This document shows, piece by piece, positions 15,939 to 25,401 of a stretch of DNA of 64,000 nucleotides; within the stretch, counting starts at the first letter, position 1, and the number at the start of each line of letters is the position of its first letter. A program made the translations under genes and the position numbers. Location of the stretch: the NCBI GenBank assembly GCA_949289005.1, contig CASEMQ010000067.1:128365-192364 (forward strand). Direction: 5' to 3'. Under the pieces are notes generated by a model. The model saw nothing but the letters and a program-made list of their open reading frames with translations. It made no database searches and was not told the origin of the DNA. Source of the stretch: an uncultured Lentisphaeraceae bacterium (GTDB taxonomy: Bacteria; Verrucomicrobiota; Kiritimatiellia; RFP12; DVOR01).

Positions 15939-16676
15939 TCAGCGGGAGTTGCCCGATGCGGCCGCAAGCATTTCCCGGAGGGTGACGGCGCCGTCGTAGA
16001 GAGCCTTGCCGACGATGGCGCCCCAGAGGTTGGGGCGGCCAAGGGCGCGAAGGGCGGCAACGTGCGCGGGGGCGGAGACGCCGCCGCTGGCGGTGACGCG
16101 GACGCCGGGGACGGCATCGGCCAATTCGGCAAGGGCGTCAAGGTTGGGGCCGCCGAGCATGCCGTCGGTGGCGGTGTCGGTGTAGATGATGGCGCGGACG
16201 CCAAGGTCGGCCACGCGTTTGGCGAGGTCGGTGGCGCGGACGGTGGAGGTCTCGACCCAGCCCTTGGTCTGGACGAAGCCGCCGCGCGCGTCGATGCCCA
16301 CGGCGATGTGTTCGCCCCAGCGTTTGACCCAGCGGGCGAGCGTCGCGGTGTCTTCCAGCGCTCGGGTGCCGATGATGGCGCGGGCGACGCCGGCGGCGAG
16401 GAGCGCCTCGATGGCCGCGTCGTCGCGGAGGCCGCCGCCCACCTCCACGGTCAGGCCGCTCCCGGCGGCGATTTGGGCGATGAGGGCGGCGTGCTTGGGC
16501 GCGCCGGCGAAGGCGCCGTCAAGATCCACCACGTGCAACTGGGTGGCGCCGGCCGCGCGGAAGGCCTTGGCTTGGGCGACGGGGTCGGCGTTGTAGACGG
16601 TGCACTGGTCGGCGCGGCCTTGGCGCAGGCGCACGCAACGGCCGCCCATCAAGTCGATCGCGGGGAGAATTTCCAT
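15939..16676 (-). CDS. hisA: ProFAR isomerase HisA
   Basis: MEILPAIDLMGGRCVRL...VVDLDGA...GGGLR is a HisA (beta/alpha)8 signature. Its start overlaps the hisB stop by 1 nt. Confidence 0.85.
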   Translation of the reverse strand: MEILPAIDLMGGRCVRLRQGRADQCTVYNADPVAQAKAFRAAGATQLHVVDLDGAFAGAPKHAALIAQIAAGSGLTVEVGGGLRDDAAIEALLAAGVARAIIGTRALEDTATLARWVKRWGEHIAVGIDARGGFVQTKGWVETSTVRATDLAKRVADLGVRAIIYTDTATDGMLGGPNLDALAELADAVPGVRVTASGGVSAPAHVAALRALGRPNLWGAIVGKALYDGAVTLREMLAAASGNSR

Positions 16677-17284
16677 CAGAGCACCCCTTTGCTGGAGGGG
16701 ATCCCGTGATCGCGCGGGTCTGGCTCGACGGCCATGCGCATGGCGCGGGCGAGCCCCTTGAAGACGGCCTCGTAGGCGTGGTGGACCTCCGCGCCGTAGG
16801 GCTGGACGACGTGAAGGTTCATGCGAGCGTTCACGCAGAGCGCGCGCATGAACTCCTCAAGCAACTGCACGTTGAAGTCGCGAATGAGGCGCTCGGGGTG
16901 CGCGATTTTCCAGACGAGGAAGGGGCGGCCGCCCAAATCGACGGCGACGTCGGCGCGCGCGTCGTCCATCGGCAGCATGAAAAAGCCGTAACGGCGGATG
17001 CCGCGGCGGTCGCCAAGCGCTTGGTCGAGCGCCGTGCCGAGCGCGAGGCCGACGTCTTCCACGGTGTGGTGGTAATCCACGCGCAGATCGCCCACGCAGC
17101 GGAGATCCAGGTCGATGAGGGCGTGGCGCGAGAAGAGTTCGAGCATGTGGTCGAAGAAACCGATGCCGGTGTCGATGGAATAGGCGCCGGTACCGTCGAG
17201 GTTGAGGCGCAGGGCGATATCGGTCTCGCGGGTCTTGCGGTTGAGGGTGGCAATGCGCATGGCGTTCCTTTGCGGGGAGGACAA
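16676..17284 (-). CDS. hisB: Imidazoleglycerol-phosphate dehydratase HisB. An alternative start at 17260 (MRIATLNRKTRETDI) is possible.
   Basis: TRETDIALRLNLDG...FDHMLELFSRH...HHTVEDVGLALG are IGPD signature motifs. Confidence 0.85.
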   Translation of the reverse strand: MSSPQRNAMRIATLNRKTRETDIALRLNLDGTGAYSIDTGIGFFDHMLELFSRHALIDLDLRCVGDLRVDYHHTVEDVGLALGTALDQALGDRRGIRRYGFFMLPMDDARADVAVDLGGRPFLVWKIAHPERLIRDFNVQLLEEFMRALCVNARMNLHVVQPYGAEVHHAYEAVFKGLARAMRMAVEPDPRDHGIPSSKGVL

Positions 17285-18334
17285 TCAAGGGATGAGGGCG
17301 TCGAGCGTGGCAAGCAGGCGATCGGCCTCGGGGTCGGAGCCCACGGTGATGCGCAACCACTCGGCCGTGACGGGCGCGGGGAAGTAGCGGACGTAGACGT
17401 GGCGGTCGCGCAAGGCCGCGAAAAGGTCGGCGGCGCGCGTGGGCGCCGGCGGCTTGGCGAAGAGGAAGTTGCTGGCCGAGGGCAACACGTGCCACCCGCG
17501 GCGTTCAAGCGCGGCGGTGAGGCGCGCGCGCGTGGCCTGGATTTTGGCGACGTTGGCGCGCATATACGGCAAATCGGAGAGGGCTGCCGCGCCGATAAGC
17601 TGGGCCAAGGCATCCATGTTGTAGGAATCCTTGATCTTGTAGAGGGCGGCAATGAGCGGCTCGGGGCCCACGCAGTAACCAAAACGCAGGCCGGCGAGCG
17701 AGAAACTCTTGGAGAGCGTGCGCATGACCAAGAGATTGTCGTTGCCCGGCGCGGAGGCCAGGGCCATGCAGTCGGCGGGCGCAAAGTCGGCGTACGCCTC
17801 GTCCACCAACAAAATGCCGGCGTAGGTCTTGGCAAAGGCGGCGATTTGCCCGGGCTCGGCCAGAAGGGAGGTCGGGGCGTTCGGGTTTGTCCAGACGAAG
17901 ACGTCCGAGAAGTCCGCCGGCGGCGTCGGGCAGGTGAAGTCCGCGTTCAGCGGCAGGGGCTTGCCCCGCGCGTCACGGATGGCCGCCAACACCGAGTAGA
18001 GCGAATAGGTCGGGTCAAAATAGCCGATGGTGCCGCCGACCTCCACGAAGGCGCGCGTGAAGAGCGCCAAAATCTCGTCCGAACCGTTCCCGACGAAGAT
18101 TTGACCCTCGCGGCACCCCACGTTCGCCGCGATGACTTTGCGCACTTGCGTGAAGACCGGGTCCGGGTAAAGGCGCAGCATGCGCCAATCGAAACGCGCC
18201 AACGCCTCGCCCACCTTCGGCGAAGGCGGATAAGGATTTTCGTTCGTGTTCAGCTTCACCATCCCCGGAAAGTGCGGTTGCTCCCCGGGCACGTAGCCCT
18301 CCAGGGCCTCGACATGCTTGCAAATCCTGCTCAT
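17285..18334 (-). CDS. hisC: Histidinol-phosphate aminotransferase HisC. The true start is internal at 18334.
   Basis: MSRICKHVEALEGYVPGE...KLNTNENPYPPSP matches class-II aminotransferase HisC. The 33 codons upstream in the ORF look like non-coding extension. Confidence 0.8.
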   Translation of the reverse strand: MSRICKHVEALEGYVPGEQPHFPGMVKLNTNENPYPPSPKVGEALARFDWRMLRLYPDPVFTQVRKVIAANVGCREGQIFVGNGSDEILALFTRAFVEVGGTIGYFDPTYSLYSVLAAIRDARGKPLPLNADFTCPTPPADFSDVFVWTNPNAPTSLLAEPGQIAAFAKTYAGILLVDEAYADFAPADCMALASAPGNDNLLVMRTLSKSFSLAGLRFGYCVGPEPLIAALYKIKDSYNMDALAQLIGAAALSDLPYMRANVAKIQATRARLTAALERRGWHVLPSASNFLFAKPPAPTRAADLFAALRDRHVYVRYFPAPVTAEWLRITVGSDPEADRLLATLDALIP

Positions 18335-18527
18335 GGCGCAAAAGTATACCACAGCCACGCACCCCGCGCAGAAACCGCCAAGCCCGCCCGCCAATGTCTG
18401 GGGGAAATGTGGGCCAACCGGAAGCGCGGGCAAGGGACACCACGGTCCCCAAATCCGCGGCGAGACGGGCGGGGCGGGTTTTTGCTATTGTATGGGGCAC
18501 GTTGTCCGTTGAACCGAGAGGAAATCG

Positions 18528-20033
18528 ATGCCACCCAGGAAGCGCCGCACCATCCAAGAGAGCTTGCCTTTGGCCGACATGGCCGGGGAGGCGCCGTTGC
18601 GCCGCGAGTTGCCGCAGGATCTCGAGGCGGAGCGTGGGCTGTTGGGAGCGTTGCTGCTGGACCCGGAGCGCGTGCTGGATTTGTGCACGGAGAAGGGCGT
18701 GGTGGCGGAGGCGTTCGTGGAGCCCGGGCATCGCGCGCTGTACGCGGCGATCGCGCGCCTGGCCGCGAAAGGGCAGCCGGTGGACGGAATCACGGTGGCG
18801 AATTACCTGCAAGGCGTGGGGGAATTGGAGACGGTGGGCGGGATGCGGGCGTTGACGGCGCTGATGGAGCGGACGCCGACGAGCGCGCACGCGGGGTACT
18901 ACGCGACGTTGGTGATGGAGCAGTTTCTGCGGCGGTGCATTCTGGGGGCGGTGCGCGAGGTGGAAGAGAATGTGTACGATGCCTCGCAATCGGCCGATTA
19001 TGTGCTGGGCATCGCGGAGCAGACGATTTTGGGCATCGGGGAAGGGCGCGCGAAAGCGGGCTCGGCTGTGGACTGGAAGACGTCGGTGGGGGAGACGCTG
19101 TCGATGCTGACGCGGCAACTGGAGCACCCGGGGGAACTCTCGGGGATACCGACGGGCTTCAAGGCGTTGGACGCGCAGTTGCGCGGGTTGCACCGGGGGG
19201 AGATGATCGTGTTGGCGGCGCGCCCCTCGATGGGCAAGACATCGCTGGCGATGAACATCGCCGAGTGCGTGGCGCGCGGGCGCGACATCATGGGCATCCC
19301 GTTCAAGACGCCGGATGGGCAGGTGCGGAAGCGGACGGTGCTGGTCTTTTCGCTGGAAATGCCGCAGATGCAGCTGACCACGCGTATGCTGTGCGGCATC
19401 GCGGGGGTGTCGGCGCGCGAGGTGGAGTGCGGGCAGTTCATCAAGAAGGACGTGGTGTTGCCCCTGTTGCGATCGGCCGCCAAGGAGTTGGCGGAGACGC
19501 CGATTCTGTGCGACGACCAGGGCGGGCTGGACGTGATGGAGCTGCGGGCGCGGGCGCGCCACACGCACAAGCGCAACCCTGTGGATTTGATCGTGATCGA
19601 CTACTTGCAGTTGCTCTCGTACCGCGAGTTCGCCCAGCAGGGCCAGCAGGTGATGGTGGCAAAGATTTCCGGCGAGATCAAAGCGATGGCCAAAGAACTG
19701 AACGTGCCGGTGATCGTGCTTTCGCAACTCTCGCGCAACCCGGAGCAACGCGGCGGCGACGAGAAGCCCAAGAACTCCGATTTGCGCGACTCGGGCGCCA
19801 TCGAGCAGGACGCGGACGTGATTTTGCTGTTGCGCCGGCCGAGTTTCATGGGGAGCAAGGTGCCGGAGCACGACGACCGGTTGCTGGCCATCGTGGACGT
19901 CTCGAAAAACCGCAACGGCGCCACGGGCGAGGTGCGGCTGAACTTCGACGGCGCCACCACGCGTTTCAAGGACCGCGTGGAGACGAACCCGGATCAGATG
20001 GGCGGCGACATGGAGCCGGTGGACGCGCCGTGA
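18528..20033 (+). CDS. dnaB: Replicative DNA helicase DnaB. An alternative start at 18576 is possible.
   Basis: The N-terminal domain reads LPQDLEAERGLLGALLLDPE. Walker A ARPSMGKTSLAMNIAE and a C-terminal RecA-like domain (SRNPEQRGGDEKP...LRDSGAIEQDAD) follow. Confidence 0.85.
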   Translation: MPPRKRRTIQESLPLADMAGEAPLRRELPQDLEAERGLLGALLLDPERVLDLCTEKGVVAEAFVEPGHRALYAAIARLAAKGQPVDGITVANYLQGVGELETVGGMRALTALMERTPTSAHAGYYATLVMEQFLRRCILGAVREVEENVYDASQSADYVLGIAEQTILGIGEGRAKAGSAVDWKTSVGETLSMLTRQLEHPGELSGIPTGFKALDAQLRGLHRGEMIVLAARPSMGKTSLAMNIAECVARGRDIMGIPFKTPDGQVRKRTVLVFSLEMPQMQLTTRMLCGIAGVSAREVECGQFIKKDVVLPLLRSAAKELAETPILCDDQGGLDVMELRARARHTHKRNPVDLIVIDYLQLLSYREFAQQGQQVMVAKISGEIKAMAKELNVPVIVLSQLSRNPEQRGGDEKPKNSDLRDSGAIEQDADVILLLRRPSFMGSKVPEHDDRLLAIVDVSKNRNGATGEVRLNFDGATTRFKDRVETNPDQMGGDMEPVDAP

Positions 20034-20061
20034 CCGCTTTTCAGGGAATGGGAGTAAATCA

Positions 20062-22437
20062 ATGAACGTGAAGAGCCTGACCTTGCCCTTGCTCCTGCTG
20101 GTGCTGGGGATTGCCACGCCCGCCGCGGCCGCGACGGTGACGGTGAGCGACGTGCGCGTGCGCGCGGACGACACCTTCGGGGTCGACCCCACCGAGGCCG
20201 TGCTGGCGATGTGCTCCGTGACCAAGGGCATGACCGCCGAGCAGGCCACCGTGCAGGAGACCATCAGCGCGGACGTGAAGGCGCTGCTGGCCACGCCCTT
20301 TTACTCGCGAGTCGATGCCGCGATCGGCCAGGACGAGCAGGGAAACTGGGTGGTGATTTACACCGTCAGCCGCCGCCCGCAACTCGCCGCCGCCCCCGCC
20401 TTCGCGGGCCTGGAGGGAACCATCCGCGAAAGCAAGGCCGAGGACGCCGTGAAGCTGACCGCGAACGCGCGCGTGGACGACGCGATCGCCGCCGCGGCCG
20501 CCGGGCGTCTGCGCCAGGCGCTCGAGGATTATGGCTATGTGGACGCCACGGTGGGCTACGAGATCCGCCACGCCGACGAGCCCGGCTACGCTTACCTCAC
20601 CTTCCTGATCGAGGGCGGCGAGCGCCGCAAGATCCGCGATTACAACTTCGAGGGCAACACAGCCTTCGACCACGACACCCTGGCCGAGACCTTCGGCTGG
20701 CGCCCCATCTGGAACCCTATCAGCTGGTTCACCGATTTCCCCACCAGCGACGCGAAACTGGACGACGCCCGCGCCGCCGTGAACAACCTCTACGTCGAGG
20801 CCGGCTATCTGGATGCCGAGGTGGCCACCCCCGTGCTCACCCAAATCGAGGGCAAGGCCAAGGGGCGTTGCGACGCGCTCTTCCGCATCACCGAAGGCCC
20901 GCGCTACACCGTCGGCACCATCACCGTGGAAGGCGCGAAGGTCTACCCGAAAGCCGCGTTGGAGGCCGCCGCCCGCGAGGCGCTCGCCCGGGCAAAGGAT
21001 GGCGCCTTCGCCACGCAGGCCACGCTCGACGCCATCCGGGACGCCGTGGAGGAATACTACGGTTCGCGCGGCTATGTGGACACCGTGGCCCACGCCGAGG
21101 CACGCCCGCGCGACGACGCGCCGGTCATCGACCTGACCTACCATCTCACGGAAGGCGAGCAGGTACGTGTCCGCGACATCCTGATCCGCGGCAATGCCAT
21201 CACGCAAGACAAGGTCATCCGCCGCGAGCTGGCCATTCAGCCCGGCGAGTTCTACGACAGCCGCTGGGTCAAGCGCTCCGAGGCGCGCGTCCGCAACCTC
21301 AACTACTTCCAAGAGGAGAGCGGCGTCACCTCCTACACCGTCAAGACCCCCAACGCCGGCGAGCGCGACCTGGTCTTCGAGGTGCGCGAGCGCGAGACGG
21401 GCGAATACGGCTTCGGTCTGGGCGTGAGCACCATCGACAGCATCTTCGTCTACGCCAAGGCCACCCAGAGCAACTTCGACATCCTCGGCTGGGGCAAAGG
21501 CTTCCGTGGCGCCGGCCAACGCGCCTCCGCCGAGGCGGAGATCGGCGGCCGCCGGCAAACCGTCTTGTTGAGCTGGACGCAACCGTGGCTCTTCGACATG
21601 CCCGTGGCCCTCACGATTGACGCCTACCGCCGGATGCGCTGGCGCGACAACTACGACGAGATCCGCACGGGCGCGGCCTTCACCCTGGCCTGGAAGCCCG
21701 CACCCATCGCCACCCCCTTCGGCGAACTGCAACTCGACCGCATTGGCCTGCGCTACACCCTCGAGCACGTGACTTACGACGACGAGGACGAGGGCGTGTG
21801 GTATCGCGCCGACGGCGCGCCCTTCCGCTTCACCGACCAAGAGGAAGGCATCAACAGCAAGCTGCGCTTCTTCTGGCAGGAGGATCACCGCGACCGCCCG
21901 CTCTTCCCCACCCGCGGTTGGAGCAGCCAAGTCTACGCCGAGGTCGGCCTCTTCGGCGAGGCCAAGGACTACGGACTCGGCTTCTCCTTCAACAAGTACA
22001 CGAACCCTTGGCTCGACCACATCCTCTCCGCCCGCCTGCGCTTCGACACCATCGAGGCCTACAGCGGCGACGTGCCGATGTTCGACCGCTTCTTCATCGG
22101 CGGCGGCCGCACCGTCCGCGGCTTCGAGTTCCGCGATGGCGGCCCCAAGGCCTGGAACGGCGGCGGCCACGTGGCCGTCGGCGGGCAGACGCTCTGGTGC
22201 GCCACGGTGGAATACGCCATCCCGTTGGTCGAGACCATCCACTTCGCCGTCTTCTCCGACATCGGCGCCGTGGGCGAGGACTTCTTCGACCTGGGCAGCG
22301 ATTTGCTGTGGTCGGCCGGTTTCGGCCTGCGCCTGAACCTGCCCAAGTTCCCCATCCGCCTCGACGTCGCCTTCCCCATCACCAACGACGACAACACCGA
22401 GGAAGAAACCTTCACCTTCTGGATTGGTATCGATTGA
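20062..22437 (+). CDS. bamA: Outer-membrane protein assembly factor BamA (Omp85)
   Basis: Signal peptide MNVKSLTLPLLLLVLGIATPAAAA. It has POTRA-like repeats and a C-terminal beta-barrel (RGFEFRDGGP...VAFPITNDD). It is followed by skp. Confidence 0.8.
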   Translation: MNVKSLTLPLLLLVLGIATPAAAATVTVSDVRVRADDTFGVDPTEAVLAMCSVTKGMTAEQATVQETISADVKALLATPFYSRVDAAIGQDEQGNWVVIYTVSRRPQLAAAPAFAGLEGTIRESKAEDAVKLTANARVDDAIAAAAAGRLRQALEDYGYVDATVGYEIRHADEPGYAYLTFLIEGGERRKIRDYNFEGNTAFDHDTLAETFGWRPIWNPISWFTDFPTSDAKLDDARAAVNNLYVEAGYLDAEVATPVLTQIEGKAKGRCDALFRITEGPRYTVGTITVEGAKVYPKAALEAAAREALARAKDGAFATQATLDAIRDAVEEYYGSRGYVDTVAHAEARPRDDAPVIDLTYHLTEGEQVRVRDILIRGNAITQDKVIRRELAIQPGEFYDSRWVKRSEARVRNLNYFQEESGVTSYTVKTPNAGERDLVFEVRERETGEYGFGLGVSTIDSIFVYAKATQSNFDILGWGKGFRGAGQRASAEAEIGGRRQTVLLSWTQPWLFDMPVALTIDAYRRMRWRDNYDEIRTGAAFTLAWKPAPIATPFGELQLDRIGLRYTLEHVTYDDEDEGVWYRADGAPFRFTDQEEGINSKLRFFWQEDHRDRPLFPTRGWSSQVYAEVGLFGEAKDYGLGFSFNKYTNPWLDHILSARLRFDTIEAYSGDVPMFDRFFIGGGRTVRGFEFRDGGPKAWNGGGHVAVGGQTLWCATVEYAIPLVETIHFAVFSDIGAVGEDFFDLGSDLLWSAGFGLRLNLPKFPIRLDVAFPITNDDNTEEETFTFWIGID

Positions 22438-22450
22438 CGAAAGGACCCCC

Positions 22451-23059
22451 ATGAAACGCCTCCCCCTCGCCCTCCTGAGCCTCCTCCCCACCCTCGCCCT
22501 GGCACACACCGTCGCCGTGGTGGACATGGAAGCAGCACTGGCCAACCACCCCAACACCCCCAACGACCGCAAAACGCTGGAAACAACCCTCGCCGACTAC
22601 ACCAAGGAACGCGACACTCTCCGCGCCGACCTCGAACGCCGCATGGCCGACCTCGAAAAGCAACGCGCCGAGGCCCAAAACCCCATGCTTGCCCCCGCCA
22701 AGGCCGAGGAACTCCGCAAAACCCTCGAAGGCCGCCTTCGCGAACTCCAGGAGGCCGGCCGCCGCGCCGAGGCCCAGATGGCCCAACGCTCGCAGACCCT
22801 CTCGGAAATGGAGCGCAGCTTCATCAACCGCACCTCCAAGGAAATCGAGACCCACATCGCCGCCTACGCCAAGGAAAAGGCCATCGACGTGGTTCTCTAC
22901 AAGAACGCCACCCCCTACGTGAAGCCAGACCTCGACATCACCGACGCCATCATTACGCGTTGCGGCGGCACCCCGCCCGCGAAAGACGCCGCCAAGGACG
23001 GCGAAACCCTCGCCCCGCCCGCCAAGCCCAACTTCTCCCTCGCCCCCACCGCCAAATAA
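22451..23059 (+). CDS. skp: Periplasmic chaperone Skp/OmpH
   Basis: Signal peptide MKRLPLALLSLLPTLALA, then a coiled-coil Lys/Glu/Arg-rich body typical of OmpH. It sits immediately after bamA, the canonical bamA-skp arrangement. Confidence 0.65.
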   Translation: MKRLPLALLSLLPTLALAHTVAVVDMEAALANHPNTPNDRKTLETTLADYTKERDTLRADLERRMADLEKQRAEAQNPMLAPAKAEELRKTLEGRLRELQEAGRRAEAQMAQRSQTLSEMERSFINRTSKEIETHIAAYAKEKAIDVVLYKNATPYVKPDLDITDAIITRCGGTPPAKDAAKDGETLAPPAKPNFSLAPTAK

Positions 23060-23068
23060 GGAGCGCCA

Positions 23069-23497
23069 ATGAGCCACGAACTCGAAGAGGGTCTCTCCCT
23101 CAACCTCGACTTCTCCAAAATCGCCAAAGTCGCCGCCAACATCCACGAGGACAAGGACAACGTCATCCCCGTGGCCGTCCAGGACATCGACACCAAAGAG
23201 GTCATCCTCATCGCCTACACCAACCGCCAGGCCATGGAACTGACCTTCAAGACCCGCACGCTCACCCTCTGGTCCACCTCCCGCAACGTCCTCTGGGAAA
23301 AAGGCAAGACCTCCGGGGAATCCTTCGAGGTGCTCGAGGCACGCGTCAATTGCGAGCAGAACTCCCTCGTCTACTTCGTTCGCCCCCGCCGCGGCGCCAT
23401 CTGCCACACCAAAAACAAGGCCGGCCAACCGCGCAACTGCTACTACCGCGCCATCAACCTGGACGATGGCGTCACCCTCACCAACCTCGATCCGTGA
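23069..23497 (+). CDS. hisI: Phosphoribosyl-AMP cyclohydrolase HisI (monofunctional)
   Basis: LDFSK...IPVAVQD...NCEQNSLVYFV...CHTKN are PRA-CH motifs, including the Cys metal ligands. Confidence 0.8.
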   Translation: MSHELEEGLSLNLDFSKIAKVAANIHEDKDNVIPVAVQDIDTKEVILIAYTNRQAMELTFKTRTLTLWSTSRNVLWEKGKTSGESFEVLEARVNCEQNSLVYFVRPRRGAICHTKNKAGQPRNCYYRAINLDDGVTLTNLDP

Positions 23498-23529
23498 GCG
23501 CGACCGGGAAGCGTGCCGGGCAGGTCGCG

Positions 23530-25344
23530 ATGCCCACCGCGTCCGTTCGCCTGAACACCGGGGACTGGGCCCCCGCGCGCCGTCTCCTCGGCGCCGAGGG
23601 GCTCGCCGTCATCCTCCCCTGCCACAACCTCGCCGCGACCGTCGAGGCCAACCTCGCGCGCGTGGCCGATCTCCTGCACGCACACGGCCTCCCCTTCCAG
23701 CTCATCCCCGTGGACGATGGCAGCGACGACGGCACGGCCGAGGCCATCCGCCGCGCCGCCGCCCGCCACCCCGATCTCATCCACCCCGCCTTCCTCCCCA
23801 CCAACCAGGGCAAGGGCGCCGCGCTCCTCGCCGGACTCCCCCACGTGACGTGCGGCTGGGTGTTGCTTCTGGACGGCGACCTTGACCTCGACCCCTCCGC
23901 CCTCCCCGCCTTCTGCGATGTCGCCGAGGCCACGCATGCGGACGCCATCCTGGGGAACAAGCGCCACCCCGCCTCGCAAGTGCGCTATCCCCTGCGCCGC
24001 CGTCTCTTCTCCGCCCTTTACCACGCCCTCTGCCACGCACTGCTTCGCCTAAGCGTTTCCGACACGCAGAGCGGCATGAAACTCATCCGCGCCCAAGCCC
24101 TCCGCTACGCCGCCGACCGCCTCCTCGTCAAACGGTTTGCCTTCGACCTCGAGCTCCTCGCCGTCATCCAAGGCGGCGGCTTCACCCTCGCCGAGGCACC
24201 CGTGCGCGTGGACTTTGGCCTCCGCTGGGGCTGCCTCTCGCCGGGCACGCTCTGGCGCACGCTGGTCGACACCCTGGCCATCGTCTACCGCGCCCGCGCC
24301 CTGCACTACTACGCCGGCCTCACCCCCCTGCCCCCCGCGCCCGACCCCGCGCACGGCCCGCGCTTCTCCGTCATCGTCGCCTGCCCCGGCGACAGCGTCG
24401 TCCTCCGCCGCCTCATCGCCGCCCTCGACGCGCAGACCTACCGCAACTTCGAGGTCCTCTTCCTCCCCGACCGCCTCCTCGTCCGCCCCGAGGTCCGCTT
24501 CCGCTTCCGCATCCTCGCCACCGGCGGCGTCCGACCCGCCCGCAAACGCAACCAAGGCGCGCTCGTGGCCGATGGCGACATCCTCGCCTTCATCGACGAC
24601 GATGCCTACCCGCGCCCGGACTGGCTCGCCAACGCCGCCGCGCGCTTCGCCGCCGACCCCGCCATCGACGCCCTCGGCGGCCCCGGCCTCACCCCGCCCG
24701 AAGACCCGCCCGCCGCCCAACTCTCCGGCGCCATCCTCGCCTCCCCCCTCGTCTCCGGCAACTTCCGCCACCGCTACTTCATCCAAGGCGCCCTCCGCCG
24801 CGTCGAGGACTTCCCCAGTTGCAACCTCTTCGTCCGCAAGGCCGCCTTCGATGCCATCCGCGGCTTCCGCGAAGACTTCTGGCCCGGCGAGGACACCCTC
24901 CTCTGCGCCGACCTCCAGCTCGCCGGCCGCACCCTGTGGTACGACCCCCGCGTCGTCGTCTACCACCACCGCCGCCCCGTCTTCGGCCCCCACCTCCGCC
25001 AAATCGGCCGCTATGCCCTCCACCGCGGCTACTTCGCCCGCCGCGTTGGCCTCAACTCCCGCCGTCTCTCCTACCTCCTCCCCACGCTCTTCCTCCTCGG
25101 CCTCCTCCTCGGCGCCCCGCTCGCCTGCCTCTCCCCTTGGCTCGCCGTCCCCTACCTCGCCATCGTCTCGCTCTACCTCCTCGTCACCCTCGGCGACGCC
25201 CTCCTCGAAGCCCCCACACCGCGCCAAATGCCCGCCTACTGGGCCGGCGTCATCCTCACGCACCTCTGGTACGGCGCACGTTTCCTTCATGGTCTCCTCG
25301 CCGCCAAAATGCCCAACAAAGTCCTCCCCTTCGACCACCGCTGA
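23530..25344 (+). CDS. Membrane glycosyltransferase with two tandem GT2 (family 2) domains
   Basis: Two GT-A modules are visible. The first reads ILPCHNLAATV...VDDGSDDGT...LLDGD. The second reads FSVIVACPGD...FIDDDAYPRPDWL...GEDTLL. The C-terminus is hydrophobic. Confidence 0.7.
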   Translation: MPTASVRLNTGDWAPARRLLGAEGLAVILPCHNLAATVEANLARVADLLHAHGLPFQLIPVDDGSDDGTAEAIRRAAARHPDLIHPAFLPTNQGKGAALLAGLPHVTCGWVLLLDGDLDLDPSALPAFCDVAEATHADAILGNKRHPASQVRYPLRRRLFSALYHALCHALLRLSVSDTQSGMKLIRAQALRYAADRLLVKRFAFDLELLAVIQGGGFTLAEAPVRVDFGLRWGCLSPGTLWRTLVDTLAIVYRARALHYYAGLTPLPPAPDPAHGPRFSVIVACPGDSVVLRRLIAALDAQTYRNFEVLFLPDRLLVRPEVRFRFRILATGGVRPARKRNQGALVADGDILAFIDDDAYPRPDWLANAAARFAADPAIDALGGPGLTPPEDPPAAQLSGAILASPLVSGNFRHRYFIQGALRRVEDFPSCNLFVRKAAFDAIRGFREDFWPGEDTLLCADLQLAGRTLWYDPRVVVYHHRRPVFGPHLRQIGRYALHRGYFARRVGLNSRRLSYLLPTLFLLGLLLGAPLACLSPWLAVPYLAIVSLYLLVTLGDALLEAPTPRQMPAYWAGVILTHLWYGARFLHGLLAAKMPNKVLPFDHR

Positions 25345-25401
25345 CCCTCCCCGCACCGTCGCCACCGGCCGACGGCAAACCCAGAATAAAGGAACCCTGC
25401 C

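Noticed and set aside
16706-20065. 1119-aa plus-strand ORF across hisB, hisC and dnaB
   Set aside because: It runs antisense to the his genes and out of frame across dnaB, and is Gly/Arg/Ala-rich. No functional motifs were seen.
20059-22572. 837-aa minus-strand ORF opposite bamA
   Set aside because: Antisense shadow ORF; the bamA call is strongly supported by its signal peptide, POTRA domains and barrel.
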